This document shows positions 19,092 through 29,529 of a DNA stretch of 64,000 nucleotides, piece after piece. Below the pieces are notes generated by a model. It was not told where the DNA came from. It made no database searches and saw only the letters and a list, made by a program, of their open reading frames with translations. The translations under genes and the position numbers were made by a program. The stretch covers positions 1,568,001 through 1,632,000 of the forward strand of contig CBDCOH010000002.1 in NCBI GenBank assembly GCA_965219685.1, in the 5' to 3' direction. How positions within the stretch are numbered: position 1 is the stretch's first letter; every line of letters starts with the position of its first letter. The DNA comes from Candidatus Spongiisociaceae bacterium (GTDB lineage: Bacteria > Actinomycetota > Acidimicrobiia > Spongiisociales > Spongiisociaceae).

Positions 19092-20255
19092 ATGAGGTCC
19101 CCTTTTCTCGGCCGAGCCGACCGCGTCAGGGTCGAACGCCTCCTGCTGCGATACGTCGGCGTCCGCTCCGTCAACCCGACCTTCGACGGTGGTCCGGGAG
19201 AAGCGGAGTTGGCGGAACGCCTGGTCGCCGATCTGCGAGCGGCCGGCTACGAACCGGTCCGCGAGCCGGTGCATCCGGGAGGGAGGGACAACGTCGTGGT
19301 GACACTCCCCGGACGGGAGGAGGCACCGGTTGTCATGTTCCACGCCCACCTGGACACGGTCGGTTTGTCCGGAAAGGCCACCACCGAAGCCCTCTCGTCG
19401 GGCGGGCACGTCTACGGACGGGGCGCGTGCGACACCAAGGGCTCCCTCGTGGCGATGGTCGAGTCGCTACGGCTCCTCGAGGGTGTGGACCCGGCGGCGA
19501 GGGCCACGGTCGTCTTGGTGGGCGGGATCGACGAGGAGGCGGGAGGGAGCGGCGCCGAAGCACTTGCGGCCTCCCACCCTGAGATCGAGATGGCGGTCGT
19601 TGGAGAACCGACCGGCCTGGAGGTCGCTACCGCGCACAAGGGCGTGATCCGCTTCGAGATCGCCACCGCCGGCGTCCCCGCTCACTCCTCGAAGCCACAT
19701 CTGGGACGCAACGCCATCCATGCCATGTCCCGGGTGCTGGACGCCCTGGAGAACGAGTACATACCGGGCCTCGATCCCGACGGCCATCATCTGGTCGGAC
19801 CGGCCACCCTCACCGTCGCCACCATCGAGGGAGGCTCGGGTATCAACGTCGTCCCCGCCGAGTGCGTAATCGGCCTGGACCGTAGAGTGATCCCCGGGGA
19901 GGACACCGACGATGTCCTGGCCGGGTTCGACGAGCTACTCGCGCCTCTCGGCGGCGTGCGTGTGGAGCGGCGCGATCCTTTCATGATCACCTCTGCCCTG
20001 GACACGCCACCCGGCAGCCCGGTCGTACAGGCTCTGATCGGAGCGCGGGAGCGGGTGACCGGGCACCGCGCCCAACCGATCGGCGTCACCTACGGCACCG
20101 ACGCGTCCTGCTTCGATCCGGCCGGGATCAGTTGCGTGATCTTCGGCCCCGGGAGCATCGACCAGGCCCATTCCGACGAGGAGTGGGTCGGGATCGAGGA
20201 GACAGCGCTGGCCGCGGAGATCCTGGCTCAGACTGCTGTCGACCTGGCTGGCTGA
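19092..20255 (+). CDS. M20 metallopeptidase (ArgE/DapE family)
   Basis: HAHLDTV, YGRGACDTKG, DEE, GEPT, HKG, FGPG...AH. Confidence 0.93.
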   Translation: MRSPFLGRADRVRVERLLLRYVGVRSVNPTFDGGPGEAELAERLVADLRAAGYEPVREPVHPGGRDNVVVTLPGREEAPVVMFHAHLDTVGLSGKATTEALSSGGHVYGRGACDTKGSLVAMVESLRLLEGVDPAARATVVLVGGIDEEAGGSGAEALAASHPEIEMAVVGEPTGLEVATAHKGVIRFEIATAGVPAHSSKPHLGRNAIHAMSRVLDALENEYIPGLDPDGHHLVGPATLTVATIEGGSGINVVPAECVIGLDRRVIPGEDTDDVLAGFDELLAPLGGVRVERRDPFMITSALDTPPGSPVVQALIGARERVTGHRAQPIGVTYGTDASCFDPAGISCVIFGPGSIDQAHSDEEWVGIEETALAAEILAQTAVDLAG

Positions 20256-20337
20256 CCGCCCACGGAACCGCGGGTCGGTCCTGGGTCAGAAACCGCCGGT
20301 AACAGTCGGCACGGTCGACCCGACAAACCTGTAAACC

Positions 20338-21123
20338 TCAACTCTCAGGGACATCGTAGGTCTGGGCAGTCAGGGCTCCGTCGACGATCAGGTTGACGCC
20401 GCTCACGTACTTGGCCGAATCGGATGCCAGGTACAGGAAGGCTTCGGCGATGTCGTCGTCGTCGGCCAGGCGGTTGGCAGGAACCACCGGGAACCCGTGC
20501 GTGCGCCACTTGTCCATCAGTTCCTCACCCACCAGGTCGACCGACTGCTGGGTGTCGGCCGGGCCGGGACTCACGCAGTTGGCCCGGATTCCGTAGGGGG
20601 CGCATTCCACTGCGATCGCCCTGGCCAGCGACACCAGCGCCGCCTTGGACACGCAGTATGCTGTGAACCCCCTCCCGTGGCCGAGCGCCACGATCGAGGC
20701 CGTGAACAGGATCACTCCCCCACCGGTCTTCTTCATCGCCTGCGCCGCTTCCCGCGCCAGGACGAAGTAGGCGTCCAGGTTCACGGACAGCACCCGCCTC
20801 CAGTCGGAGGTCGGAATGTCCATGAAAGGGACGTCGACCCAGGCGCCGGCGTTCGACACCAGCACGTCCAGCTTCGGATCGATAGCGAGCGCCTGGGCCA
20901 TGGCGTCCACGCAGTTGTCCATATCGCCCATGTCCAGGCAGATCTTGTGGGGGATCGCTCCGCACGCCTCGATGGACGGAGCGGCCTCGTCAAGACGTTC
21001 CTGCTTGTAGTCCACCATGTAGACGTTCCGGGCGCCCTCCTCGGCGAAGCGCTGCGCCGTGCGCCTCCCGAAGCCGCTCCCGGCGCCGGTGACGAATACG
21101 TTCTTGCCCTCGAAGCGTCTCAT
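20338..21123 (-). CDS. Short-chain dehydrogenase/reductase
   Basis: TGAGSGFG, SNAG, YCVSK, RANCVSPG, VDGA. Confidence 0.93.
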   Translation of the reverse strand: MRRFEGKNVFVTGAGSGFGRRTAQRFAEEGARNVYMVDYKQERLDEAAPSIEACGAIPHKICLDMGDMDNCVDAMAQALAIDPKLDVLVSNAGAWVDVPFMDIPTSDWRRVLSVNLDAYFVLAREAAQAMKKTGGGVILFTASIVALGHGRGFTAYCVSKAALVSLARAIAVECAPYGIRANCVSPGPADTQQSVDLVGEELMDKWRTHGFPVVPANRLADDDDIAEAFLYLASDSAKYVSGVNLIVDGALTAQTYDVPES

Positions 21124-21125
21124 GC

Positions 21126-21485
21126 TCACTCCTTCCAGCCGGCGGCCAGCCCCGGGCCCCGGTCCGGCGGCGGGACGATCACGTGTTCCTTGACCACCCA
21201 GAAAGTCCCGGTCGTCTTGGCGTAGTTGCCCACGTCCTCCCAGGCAGCAGCGGCCGTCGGGGTGGCGGAGGCGCGATCCCAGGCTTCCTCGTCGTCGTAC
21301 CACTGCTCCACGAAGGCCTCCGTCTCGAGTTCGCCGCCCAGCTTCCGGACCACCTCGGAGACCACGTAACCCCTCAACCCCGGAAGGGATGCCGATATCG
21401 GCGCATGTACATCGAACCAGTAATCGAAGAACTCCTCGGCAGTGAAGTCGTCCCGCTTGTACGCCGTACCGATGAGCTTGATCAT
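21126..21485 (-). CDS. EthD-family dimeric alpha/beta-barrel protein
   Basis: MIKLI...EEFFDYWFDVHAPI...LPGLRGY...EQWYDD. GGAGG RBS. Confidence 0.85.
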   Translation of the reverse strand: MIKLIGTAYKRDDFTAEEFFDYWFDVHAPISASLPGLRGYVVSEVVRKLGGELETEAFVEQWYDDEEAWDRASATPTAAAAWEDVGNYAKTTGTFWVVKEHVIVPPPDRGPGLAAGWKE

Positions 21486-21796
21486 CCTCACCTCCAGGGT
21501 TGCTCGACTCGAATCTATCAACGTGGAGAGCGCCCTGCCTTCACGGGCGCCTCCGGACACCCCCCAACACCGCCGCACCGGCTTGACGATGGCTACCTTC
21601 GAGTCGTTCCCAGTTCCGGAGATCTTCATAGGAGGGGCACGATTTGCCCTGATGCCGTATAGGAACGGGATATGATCACGGAGTCGGGGAACAAGCGACC
21701 GCGTCCGGATGGTCGGCGAGGACAACGAGCTTCACGTTCAGATCGGACTCCCGTTGCCGGACGGCTGCCTGTTCCTCGCATCAGGTTCAGCAAACT

Positions 21797-23095
21797 GTGC
21801 GGGGAGTCGTGAGTCCATTGAGGAGTCGAGGTAGCCAGCGGCGCCGCACGAACCTCTACGGAGGGCGCCGCACCGGGTCGCGCTCGCGGTCCTCGGGAGG
21901 CCTCGGGCCGAAGAAGAACCGGTACGCCCACATCATCTCCGCGGTGTTGGTCGTGGCGGTGGCGTTGTTCGTCTTCACGCGTGATGAGCCCGATCCGGCG
22001 GACTCCACCACGGTCGAAACCGGTCCGCCGGTCACGGCTACGGAAGGAACCGTCGAGGCGGCTCCCGACGCGACCCAGCCGGCAACCACCACCGCGGCCG
22101 CGGGCGCAACCGCGGGGACCACTACCCCCACCACCTCGCCCGGTCGCGAAGGCCCGGCTCTGGACTCGTCCTCCAGCGCATTCTCGGATGGTCTGGCGGA
22201 GGCAAAGGCGACGCTCGCCCGGTTGGTCGAGGAGATCTCCGCTGCCAACGAGGCCTGGGACGACCGTGACGAGACCGGAGCCCGATTCGAAGACACGGAG
22301 ACGGCCATCTCCGGCGTCATCGACCGGACCCGAACCCTCCAGGAGTCGGTCAGGAGCCTGCCCGTACCCTCCACCCTGGCCGACCGCCCCCAGGGGCTGC
22401 AGGGCCTGGTCCAGCAGGCGACCGAGCTGGTCCCGCTGGCGGAAGCGGTTCTGGAAGGACTTCGCCTGCCTTCCCCCGACGATGGGTCAACCCGCCGGGA
22501 GGCCCTCGCTGATTTCGTCGCAGCAGCCGAGGCCTTCAGCAGCACCGTTGACGATCTGGTGGGCAATATCGAGGAGAACGCCCAGGACCTTGGACTCACG
22601 GCGCCGCCATCGGACGCTACCACCACGACCCCGGCGACTACCCGGCCGCCCGCGGAACTGTCTGGCGAAGCCGTGGCCTACATCAACGGTCTGCAGGGTT
22701 TCAAACAGGCTCTCGCCGACCTGGTGGCCCAAGCCGAGGCCGCCAACCGGGCCTGGGACAACAGCGCCGAGACCGGCGCCACCTACAGCGAGACCTCCGC
22801 CGCCCTGGGCGAGGCCATCGATCAGGCCCGCTCGTTCAACGAGCAAGTCAGGGGCCTACCGGTTCCGGGACCGGTAGGGACCCTCGGAGACGGACCCATC
22901 CAGCACGCCGCCCGCCTGCCTGCGCTCGCGGAGGGGATGCTGGAGGGATTGCGGATCCCGGCCCCCGACGATGGTTCGACCCGGCGCGCCGCCCTCGCCG
23001 CGTTCTTAGCGTCCGCTGAGGACTTCGCCGGCAGCGTGGACAGCCTCGTCGCCTACATAGAGGAGAACGCCGCGGCGCTCGGACTCGTCCGTTAG
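21797..23095 (+). CDS. Hypothetical membrane-anchored protein with two tandem helical repeats
   Basis: N-terminal TM segment (IISAVLVVAVALFVF), Thr/Ala/Pro linkers, two repeats of about 140 aa sharing AANxAWD, LPVP, LEGLRxPxPDDGSTRR and IEENA. Start uncertain. Confidence 0.8.
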   Translation: MRGVVSPLRSRGSQRRRTNLYGGRRTGSRSRSSGGLGPKKNRYAHIISAVLVVAVALFVFTRDEPDPADSTTVETGPPVTATEGTVEAAPDATQPATTTAAAGATAGTTTPTTSPGREGPALDSSSSAFSDGLAEAKATLARLVEEISAANEAWDDRDETGARFEDTETAISGVIDRTRTLQESVRSLPVPSTLADRPQGLQGLVQQATELVPLAEAVLEGLRLPSPDDGSTRREALADFVAAAEAFSSTVDDLVGNIEENAQDLGLTAPPSDATTTTPATTRPPAELSGEAVAYINGLQGFKQALADLVAQAEAANRAWDNSAETGATYSETSAALGEAIDQARSFNEQVRGLPVPGPVGTLGDGPIQHAARLPALAEGMLEGLRIPAPDDGSTRRAALAAFLASAEDFAGSVDSLVAYIEENAAALGLVR

Positions 23096-23192
23096 GTGTT
23101 AGGTGTTAGGCGTTAGGGGGCGTTAGATAAGGTTAACTTCTAGCACCTGACCGCCAGCTCCCACCTAGCACCCAACACCCAGCACCTAGCAC
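23091..23192. repeat. Inverted heptamer tandem repeats
   Basis: GTTAGGT GTTAGGT GTTAGGC GTTAGGG ... CTAGCAC ... CTAGCAC CCAACAC CCAGCAC CTAGCAC. Begins at the TAG stop of the upstream gene. Confidence 0.75.
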
Positions 23193-23205
23193 TTTGGAGG
23201 AACCG

Positions 23206-24561
23206 ATGGTTGAACGGATGGTCGTGATCGGCGGTGACGCGGCCGGGATGAGCGCGGCGAGCCAGGCCCGACGGCGGAGGTCGGTGGACAACCTGGAGAT
23301 CATTGCCATCGAACGCTCCGGATGGGTGAGTTACTCGGCCTGCGGTGAGCCCTACTACATCGCCGGCTACATCGATCCGCTGGAGCGCCTGGTGGCGCGC
23401 AGCCCGGAGGTCTTCGCTCAGATGGGTATCGAGGTACGGATCCGCCACGAAGCCACCGCCATCGACCTCGACAACCGCAAGGTCGACGTCACCGCACTCG
23501 ACTCCGGGGAGAGGATCGAACTCGGTTTCGACACGCTCATGATCGGCACCGGCGCCCGGCCACTGCGACCGCCGATCCAAGGCGCTCATCTACCCGGGGT
23601 GTTCGGTCTCCATACCCTCGACGATGCGGTAATGCTCAGGAGGGCGGCCGAGGCCGGGCCTGGGAATGCGGTCGTCGTGGGCGGGGGCTATGTGGGCCTC
23701 GAGGCCGCCGAGGCGTTCCACAGCCGGGGCTGGAAGGTCACCGTCCTAACGTCGGGGGAAGCGGTGCTCGACCGGACTCTCGATCCCGATCTGGGACTGC
23801 AGGTCGTGGCAGCGATGGAACAGATGGGGATCCGCGTGGTGACCGGGACACGGGTCGAGTGCATCAACGGCGCCGAGCGGGTGGAGAGCGTCGGATGCGA
23901 CGACGAGACCCACCCTGCCGAGGTAGTGGTGCTCGGACTGGGTTTCAGGCCCGAGTCGGGCCTGGCAGCCGGAGCCGGCATCGGCCTGGGACCTACCGGG
24001 GCGATCTCGGTGGACGACCGCCAGCGGACGGACGCCGACGGGGTATGGGCCGGGGGCGACTGCGCCGAAGCCATCCATCGGCTCACCGGCAAGCCAGTCA
24101 ACTTCCACCTCGGCACGGTTGCCAACAAGGCGGGACGCGTGGCGGGAATCAACATCGGCGGAGGGAACGCCCGCTTCCCCGGAGTGCTCGGCACCGCGAT
24201 CACCAAGGTATGCGACCTGGAGATATCCTCCACAGGTCTCCGCCCGTCCGACGCGACCGCGGCCGGATTCGACTCCGTCGTCGGCGACGCGCAGGGTTCC
24301 ACCGCGGCCGGCTACTGGCCAAGCGCCTCACCGATGACCATCCGGGTTGTCGCGGAACGGAGTGACGGACGCATCCTCGGCGCCCAGATCGTCGGAGGAC
24401 CGGGCGCCGGGAAACGAATCGACGTGTTCGCCACCGCGATCTGGAACGAGATGACCGCCGAGGACCTCGCCTGGGCCGACCTCGCCTACGCCCCGCCCTT
24501 CTCGGGGGTCTGGGACCTCATCCACATAGCCGCCCGCCGCGCCGCCAGCCAGATTTCCTAG
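23206..24561 (+). CDS. FAD-dependent CoA-disulfide reductase / NADH oxidase family
   Basis: IGGDAAGMSAA, SYSACG redox Cys, GGGYVGLE, WAGGDCA, DLAYAPPF. Confidence 0.92.
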   Translation: MVERMVVIGGDAAGMSAASQARRRRSVDNLEIIAIERSGWVSYSACGEPYYIAGYIDPLERLVARSPEVFAQMGIEVRIRHEATAIDLDNRKVDVTALDSGERIELGFDTLMIGTGARPLRPPIQGAHLPGVFGLHTLDDAVMLRRAAEAGPGNAVVVGGGYVGLEAAEAFHSRGWKVTVLTSGEAVLDRTLDPDLGLQVVAAMEQMGIRVVTGTRVECINGAERVESVGCDDETHPAEVVVLGLGFRPESGLAAGAGIGLGPTGAISVDDRQRTDADGVWAGGDCAEAIHRLTGKPVNFHLGTVANKAGRVAGINIGGGNARFPGVLGTAITKVCDLEISSTGLRPSDATAAGFDSVVGDAQGSTAAGYWPSASPMTIRVVAERSDGRILGAQIVGGPGAGKRIDVFATAIWNEMTAEDLAWADLAYAPPFSGVWDLIHIAARRAASQIS

Positions 24562-24677
24562 CCGCTTTGTCACCGGCGCGCATTTGCCATCCTCCGTAGC
24601 ACTGCTTGGGCCTCGCGGTTACGTCGAAGGGGCTCTTCACAAAGTGGCAGCCATGCAACGCAGTCGGCGTACGGTTA

Positions 24678-26417
24678 TCAGTTTCTCAGAACGGGAAGCG
24701 TGACCCGGGTGGGATAGTTGCGGTCGTGCAGGACCGTCTGCGTTGCCGGGACAGCACCGAACGGGCCCTCCGTCAACGGCTTGGCGCCGGTGTTCAGGTT
24801 CCGGTCCCACTGCGGGAAGTCGGAACTGGCGATATCGAGCCTGAGTCGCGACCCCGCGTCCACGCGAGCCCCCACCGGCCCGAGGTCGATCTTGAACTCG
24901 TACACCTGCCCGGGCGTGAGCAGCTTCGGGGAGGTCAGCGAGTCTCGATATCGTGCCCTCAGGATCCCCTCCTGCAGGTTCACGGATCTTCCAGACGTAT
25001 CCACCACGCACAGGCGGGCGGTGAAGTCGGTGTCGACGGCTGTGGTAGCCGCGTACAGGGTCACCTCGCCGTCTCCGATCAACTCGATGTCCTCGGCCAG
25101 GGGTTCCGACGTGTACACAAGGATCATGCGGGAGACCTCTGCGGCATGCTGGTCGGCGGGTCCCATAGGGGTGATCGTGTCGAAACAGCACGAGTGACCA
25201 CCCATGGACGGGACAGGTACGCCCGGTTCGTGTATGTAGAGGTCGGGGGGTTCGTCCGCCGGCGGGGTCCTGTCCAGGACGCCGTCCCCGAACTTGGAGT
25301 TGGCACAACCCTGCGAGTGGATGAACCAGTCCTCGAGGACTGCCAGAGGGGGCGGCCACGAGTCGAAGTCCCGCCGACCTCCGTCGAGTGTGAACGCAGT
25401 GACCTTGCTGTCGAGGACTCCCGTCTCCCGGCCCTTCAGGGTCTGGTCGAACCACCGGACCAGCCAGGAGTCGATCTCCGGCGTCGATGGACCCTCCGAA
25501 CCGAGGCGGCTGACGGGGGTCCACGGCATGTGCGCCCACGGCCCCACCACCAGCTTCTGGCGCCGGCGGGTCTGCTCATCGCGGCCGGAGCCGGACAGTC
25601 CGACGAAGTTCTTGATGGTGCCGGTGAGGAACACGTCGTACCAGCCGGCAACGTGCAGGGCCGGGACGTCGATGCGGCTGTAGTCCTCGTCGATGCTCCA
25701 TCGCCGCCAGTAGTCGTCGTAGGAGCAATGGTCCACCCAGTCCTTGAAGTACGGGGCGTATGGCACCTGGAGCGGCGGGTAGTCGGCGACCGGCAGCGAC
25801 CAGTACCAGGCCGGGGCGTTGCCGAGACCGGCCGCCAACTGGTTGTGAGCCGCCACGTCCCCGGCTCGCTGGGCGCTCTCCAAGGCCAGCAGGGTGGCCC
25901 AGTAGCCGATGAAGGCCAGGGCGAAAGCGCCGCCGTTGTACGTCCACCCGTCGTAGTACTGGGACGCGGTGAAGGCCGGGGAGATGGAGGCGAGGGAAGG
26001 GGGCGTCGCGATGGCGGCCAGCAACTGGGTGGCGCCGACATAGGAGAAGCCCATCATCCCCACCTGGCCATCGCTGCCCGGCAGGCGGGCCGCCCACTCC
26101 ACGGAGTCGTAGCCGTCAGCGATCTCATGGCGATAGGGATAGAAGTCACCGTCGGATGCATAGCGTCCACGGCAGTCCTGGGACACCACCACATATCCCT
26201 GAGCGGCGAACCAGGCAGGGTGTGCACTGCCGAAGGTCGGGGTACCGGACCGCTTGTCGTAGATACTCCTGATCAGCAACACCGGAAGGTCGGCATCGGT
26301 ACGGGGCCGGTAGACATCGGACCGCAGCACCGTGCCGTCCCTCATGGTCGCTTCCACGTCTCGCTCGACGGTGACATCGAGACCCGGTATCCGCTCGATC
26401 GGGTGTGTTGGGGTCAT
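24678..26417 (-). CDS. CocE/NonD family serine hydrolase
   Basis: MRDGTVLRSDVYRP, QDCRGRYASDG, GFSYVG, GWYD, GPWAH, SSDFPQWDRN. Confidence 0.93.
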   Translation of the reverse strand: MTPTHPIERIPGLDVTVERDVEATMRDGTVLRSDVYRPRTDADLPVLLIRSIYDKRSGTPTFGSAHPAWFAAQGYVVVSQDCRGRYASDGDFYPYRHEIADGYDSVEWAARLPGSDGQVGMMGFSYVGATQLLAAIATPPSLASISPAFTASQYYDGWTYNGGAFALAFIGYWATLLALESAQRAGDVAAHNQLAAGLGNAPAWYWSLPVADYPPLQVPYAPYFKDWVDHCSYDDYWRRWSIDEDYSRIDVPALHVAGWYDVFLTGTIKNFVGLSGSGRDEQTRRRQKLVVGPWAHMPWTPVSRLGSEGPSTPEIDSWLVRWFDQTLKGRETGVLDSKVTAFTLDGGRRDFDSWPPPLAVLEDWFIHSQGCANSKFGDGVLDRTPPADEPPDLYIHEPGVPVPSMGGHSCCFDTITPMGPADQHAAEVSRMILVYTSEPLAEDIELIGDGEVTLYAATTAVDTDFTARLCVVDTSGRSVNLQEGILRARYRDSLTSPKLLTPGQVYEFKIDLGPVGARVDAGSRLRLDIASSDFPQWDRNLNTGAKPLTEGPFGAVPATQTVLHDRNYPTRVTLPVLRN

Positions 26418-26546
26418 AGCTCTCCTAACAGATGGACACCCGGAAGCGCCGGGCCGGTTCGGTAGCATTCTGCGGAACGGAGGCGGTCGAAGCAACCGGA
26501 TCCCAGGGATGGTCCGGTCGGTCACCGGCAGGCAACGGAGGCGCGC

Positions 26547-27119
26547 ATGAGCGAATTCAGAGACCAGACCCTGTATGAAGAGGGATCCGACGCCGGTGGT
26601 ATGCCCCTTGAGCACGTGAGAACCTTCCTCGGCAGCCCGGACAGCACATGGTTACTGAAGCTGTGCTTCACCAAGGAGGACGGATGGCCGATGGTGGTAC
26701 CTCTCTGGTACGCGTGGGACGGCGAGGCCTTCTACGTCGTGGGCCGCAAGCGTTCCCAGTGGGTCGAGGACCTCAAACGCGATCCCAGGTGCGCGGTCTG
26801 CATCGAGGAACTGGCCCATCCCCGGATCCGCAAGGTACTGGCACAGTGCACCGCCGAGATCCTGGAGGGCCCCGCCAAGGGCGAGGGGTCCCGGTGGGTG
26901 CCGGTCGCCGAGGAGATGGCCGCGCGCTACCTGGGACCCGAGGGCCCCGAGCAGTTGAAGATGTCCTGGAGTTGGGAGCGCTACCTCGTGAGGCTGGTGC
27001 CGCGAGACGGCAAGCTCACCACCTGGCAGGGCGCCGACTGGGCACTCCGGTACTTCGACCCGGGCCAGCGGCCCGACCTCGAGGCCAAGGCGCAGCAGAG
27101 CCGGGCGGCCGGGACGTGA
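26547..27119 (+). CDS. PPOX/FDOR-like protein
   Basis: DGWPMVVPLWYAWDG...RDPRC. Paralogous to 3210..3755. Confidence 0.85.
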   Translation: MSEFRDQTLYEEGSDAGGMPLEHVRTFLGSPDSTWLLKLCFTKEDGWPMVVPLWYAWDGEAFYVVGRKRSQWVEDLKRDPRCAVCIEELAHPRIRKVLAQCTAEILEGPAKGEGSRWVPVAEEMAARYLGPEGPEQLKMSWSWERYLVRLVPRDGKLTTWQGADWALRYFDPGQRPDLEAKAQQSRAAGT

Positions 27120-28285
27120 GGCGTCTGGCCCGACCGGCCACTGCACTGCCCCGCTCCGAGATCCGGGTGCTCTTCGACCAGGCGGCGGACCGTCCGGACG
27201 CCATCCGACTCGAAGTGGGAGAACCCAGCTTCAACACGCCCGATCACATAATCGAAGCGGCTCTCAGGGCAGCCCGGGACGGCCATACCGGATACGGGCC
27301 GAACGGTGGTCTGGCCTCTCTGCGAGAACTCCTCGCGGAGAAGATCCGGCAGATCGACGGATTCGAGGTCTCGCCCGGCGACATCGTCGTGACCCCGGGG
27401 GGTATGAACGCCCTGTACTCGTGCTACCTAGCCCTTATCAACCCCGGCGACGAGGTGCTGCTCCCCACCCCCGGCTTCCCCAACATGGATGCCCTGGTGC
27501 GGATGATGGGCGGATGCCCGGTCTTCTATCCCCTCCGGGCTGCCGACGGTTACCTGCCGGACCCGGAACGCCTCGCCGCCCTCGTCACAGACCGCACCAC
27601 CACCGTGTTCGTAAACACCCCGGCCAACCCCACCGGCGCGGTATTCCCCGCCCGGCTGATGCAAGGCCTCGTCGAGTTGTGCAACCGCCGCGATCTGTGG
27701 CTCCTTTCCGACGAGGTCTACGACGAGCTTGTACTCGACGAGGAATCGGTCCACACCTCCGCGGCCCGTTTCGACACGGAACGTCGGGTGATCACCGTCT
27801 TCAGCTTTTCGAAGGTGTACGCGATGACCGGCTGGAGGGTCGGCTACGCCGCCGCGCCGAGCCCGGTGGCGGACCTGATGCGCAAACTGCAGGAACCCCA
27901 GGTGTCGTGCCCTAGCACCATCTCCCAGAAAGCAGCCGAGGCGGCTCTGCTGGGACCTAGGGAACCGATCCGGGCCATGCTCGACGCGTACCGCCGCCGC
28001 CGCGAGGTCGCCGTGGCAGCCGCCGCTGAGGCCGGCCTGGGTTTCGTGGCCCCGGCGGGGACCATGTACATGATGGTGGGAGTCGACACGGGAGGTCGCT
28101 CGATGCTCAGGTTCGCGCTCGAACTGCTCTCCGATCACGCGGTGAGCGTGGCGCCCGGCTCGGTCTTCGGGCCTGGAGGCGACGGCCACGTGCGTATATC
28201 GCTGGCTGCCGAGGACGGCGCGATCGCCGAGGGCCTGCGGCGCTTGGGGGCCTTCAGCCGGGCCCGAACCCTGGTGGGCGCATGA
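27116..28285 (+). CDS. PLP-dependent aminotransferase class I/II
   Basis: LEVGEPSF, NTPANPTG, SDEVY, SFSKVYAMTGWRVG. GTGA overlap. Confidence 0.95.
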   Translation: MRRLARPATALPRSEIRVLFDQAADRPDAIRLEVGEPSFNTPDHIIEAALRAARDGHTGYGPNGGLASLRELLAEKIRQIDGFEVSPGDIVVTPGGMNALYSCYLALINPGDEVLLPTPGFPNMDALVRMMGGCPVFYPLRAADGYLPDPERLAALVTDRTTTVFVNTPANPTGAVFPARLMQGLVELCNRRDLWLLSDEVYDELVLDEESVHTSAARFDTERRVITVFSFSKVYAMTGWRVGYAAAPSPVADLMRKLQEPQVSCPSTISQKAAEAALLGPREPIRAMLDAYRRRREVAVAAAAEAGLGFVAPAGTMYMMVGVDTGGRSMLRFALELLSDHAVSVAPGSVFGPGGDGHVRISLAAEDGAIAEGLRRLGAFSRARTLVGA

Positions 28286-29529
28286 CGCTGGGAGTGGAGA
28301 CAATCGAGTCCAGCCTGCTGGCATACCTGGCGGAACGAAAGGACGAGATTCTCGAATTCGCGAGGGAGTTGATCCGCACGCCGTCTCCCAACCCACCGGG
28401 AGACGAGCAGGCGGTGGCCGACGCGGTCACGTCCCGGCTCGCAGAACTGGGCATCAGCGATGTCGAACGGGTGGGCGCCGAACGCGAACGACCGAATCTG
28501 ATCGTCCGGCTCCGGGGCACCGGCGACGGGCCCACCCTCATGCTGTCGGGGCATCTCGACACCAAACCGGCCGGCGACCTCGACGCCTGGGAGACGGATC
28601 CCTGGGATCCGGTCCTGAGGGACGGAAACCTGATCGGGTTGGGATCCGGTGACATGAAGGCCGCGGTGGCCGCCATGGTCTACGCAATGGGCGCCATCAA
28701 TGCGGCCCCCGCCTTCTGCGGCGGGTTGGTGGCAGTCTTCACGTCCGACGAGGAGGCCGGATCGGCCCTCGGCTCCAAATGGTTGGCCGACAACGGTCTG
28801 CTGGATGCCGACGTGGCCGTGATCGGCGAGCCGAGCGGGATCGGGCGCGAGTGGGAGTCGCTGCACCTCGTGTCCCGGGGGGCGGCCCTGTTCAAGATCA
28901 AGGTCAGCGGTACGCAGATGCACTCCTCGATCTCGGACCGGATCAAGGGGATCAACGCCACCGTGAAGATGGCCCGCCTCATCGACCGGATGGACCGTGA
29001 CCTGGGGGCATACCTGACCTACGAGCCGCACCCCTTGAGCCCGACCGGCCCCACCATCAACGTGGGCGTCATGGCCGAGGCAGGAGTGTTCTACGGGGTC
29101 TATCCCGGCAATGCGGAGTTCGCCTGCGACCTCCGCACCCTTCCGGGAATGGACGAGCAGCAACTGATCGACGACATCAACCGCTTCCTGACCGCAGCCA
29201 TGGCGGAGGATCCCGACCTGGCGGCGGAACTGGTGTGGGAGTTGATGGTGCCGGCCACCGAGATCTCCGCCGACGAACCGATAGTCCATATCCTGCAGGA
29301 GACCGCCGGGCAGGTTCTCGGCCGGACGCCGCGGTTGGACGCCTTCCCCGGCGCCACCGACGCACCGCATTTCCAGCTCACCGCCGGGATCCCCTGCGTG
29401 GCGGCCTTCGGACCGGGGATGCTTCCCCGCGCCCACAGCCCCAACGAGTTCATGGCCGCCGAGAGCGTGTCCCAGGCCGCCGACATCTACGCCCTCGCCT
29501 CGATCCGCTACCTGGGAGTTCCCGAATGA
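28282..29529 (+). CDS. M20 metallopeptidase (ArgE/DapE family)
   Basis: SGHLDT, GLGSGDMK, DEE, GEPS, FGPG...AHSPNE. Confidence 0.93.
   Translation: MTLGVETIESSLLAYLAERKDEILEFARELIRTPSPNPPGDEQAVADAVTSRLAELGISDVERVGAERERPNLIVRLRGTGDGPTLMLSGHLDTKPAGDLDAWETDPWDPVLRDGNLIGLGSGDMKAAVAAMVYAMGAINAAPAFCGGLVAVFTSDEEAGSALGSKWLADNGLLDADVAVIGEPSGIGREWESLHLVSRGAALFKIKVSGTQMHSSISDRIKGINATVKMARLIDRMDRDLGAYLTYEPHPLSPTGPTINVGVMAEAGVFYGVYPGNAEFACDLRTLPGMDEQQLIDDINRFLTAAMAEDPDLAAELVWELMVPATEISADEPIVHILQETAGQVLGRTPRLDAFPGATDAPHFQLTAGIPCVAAFGPGMLPRAHSPNEFMAAESVSQAADIYALASIRYLGVPE

Noticed and set aside
23091-23126. TTAGG telomere-like repeat or eukaryotic contamination
   Set aside because: The period is 7, the units are degenerate, and the tract lies between ordinary bacterial genes
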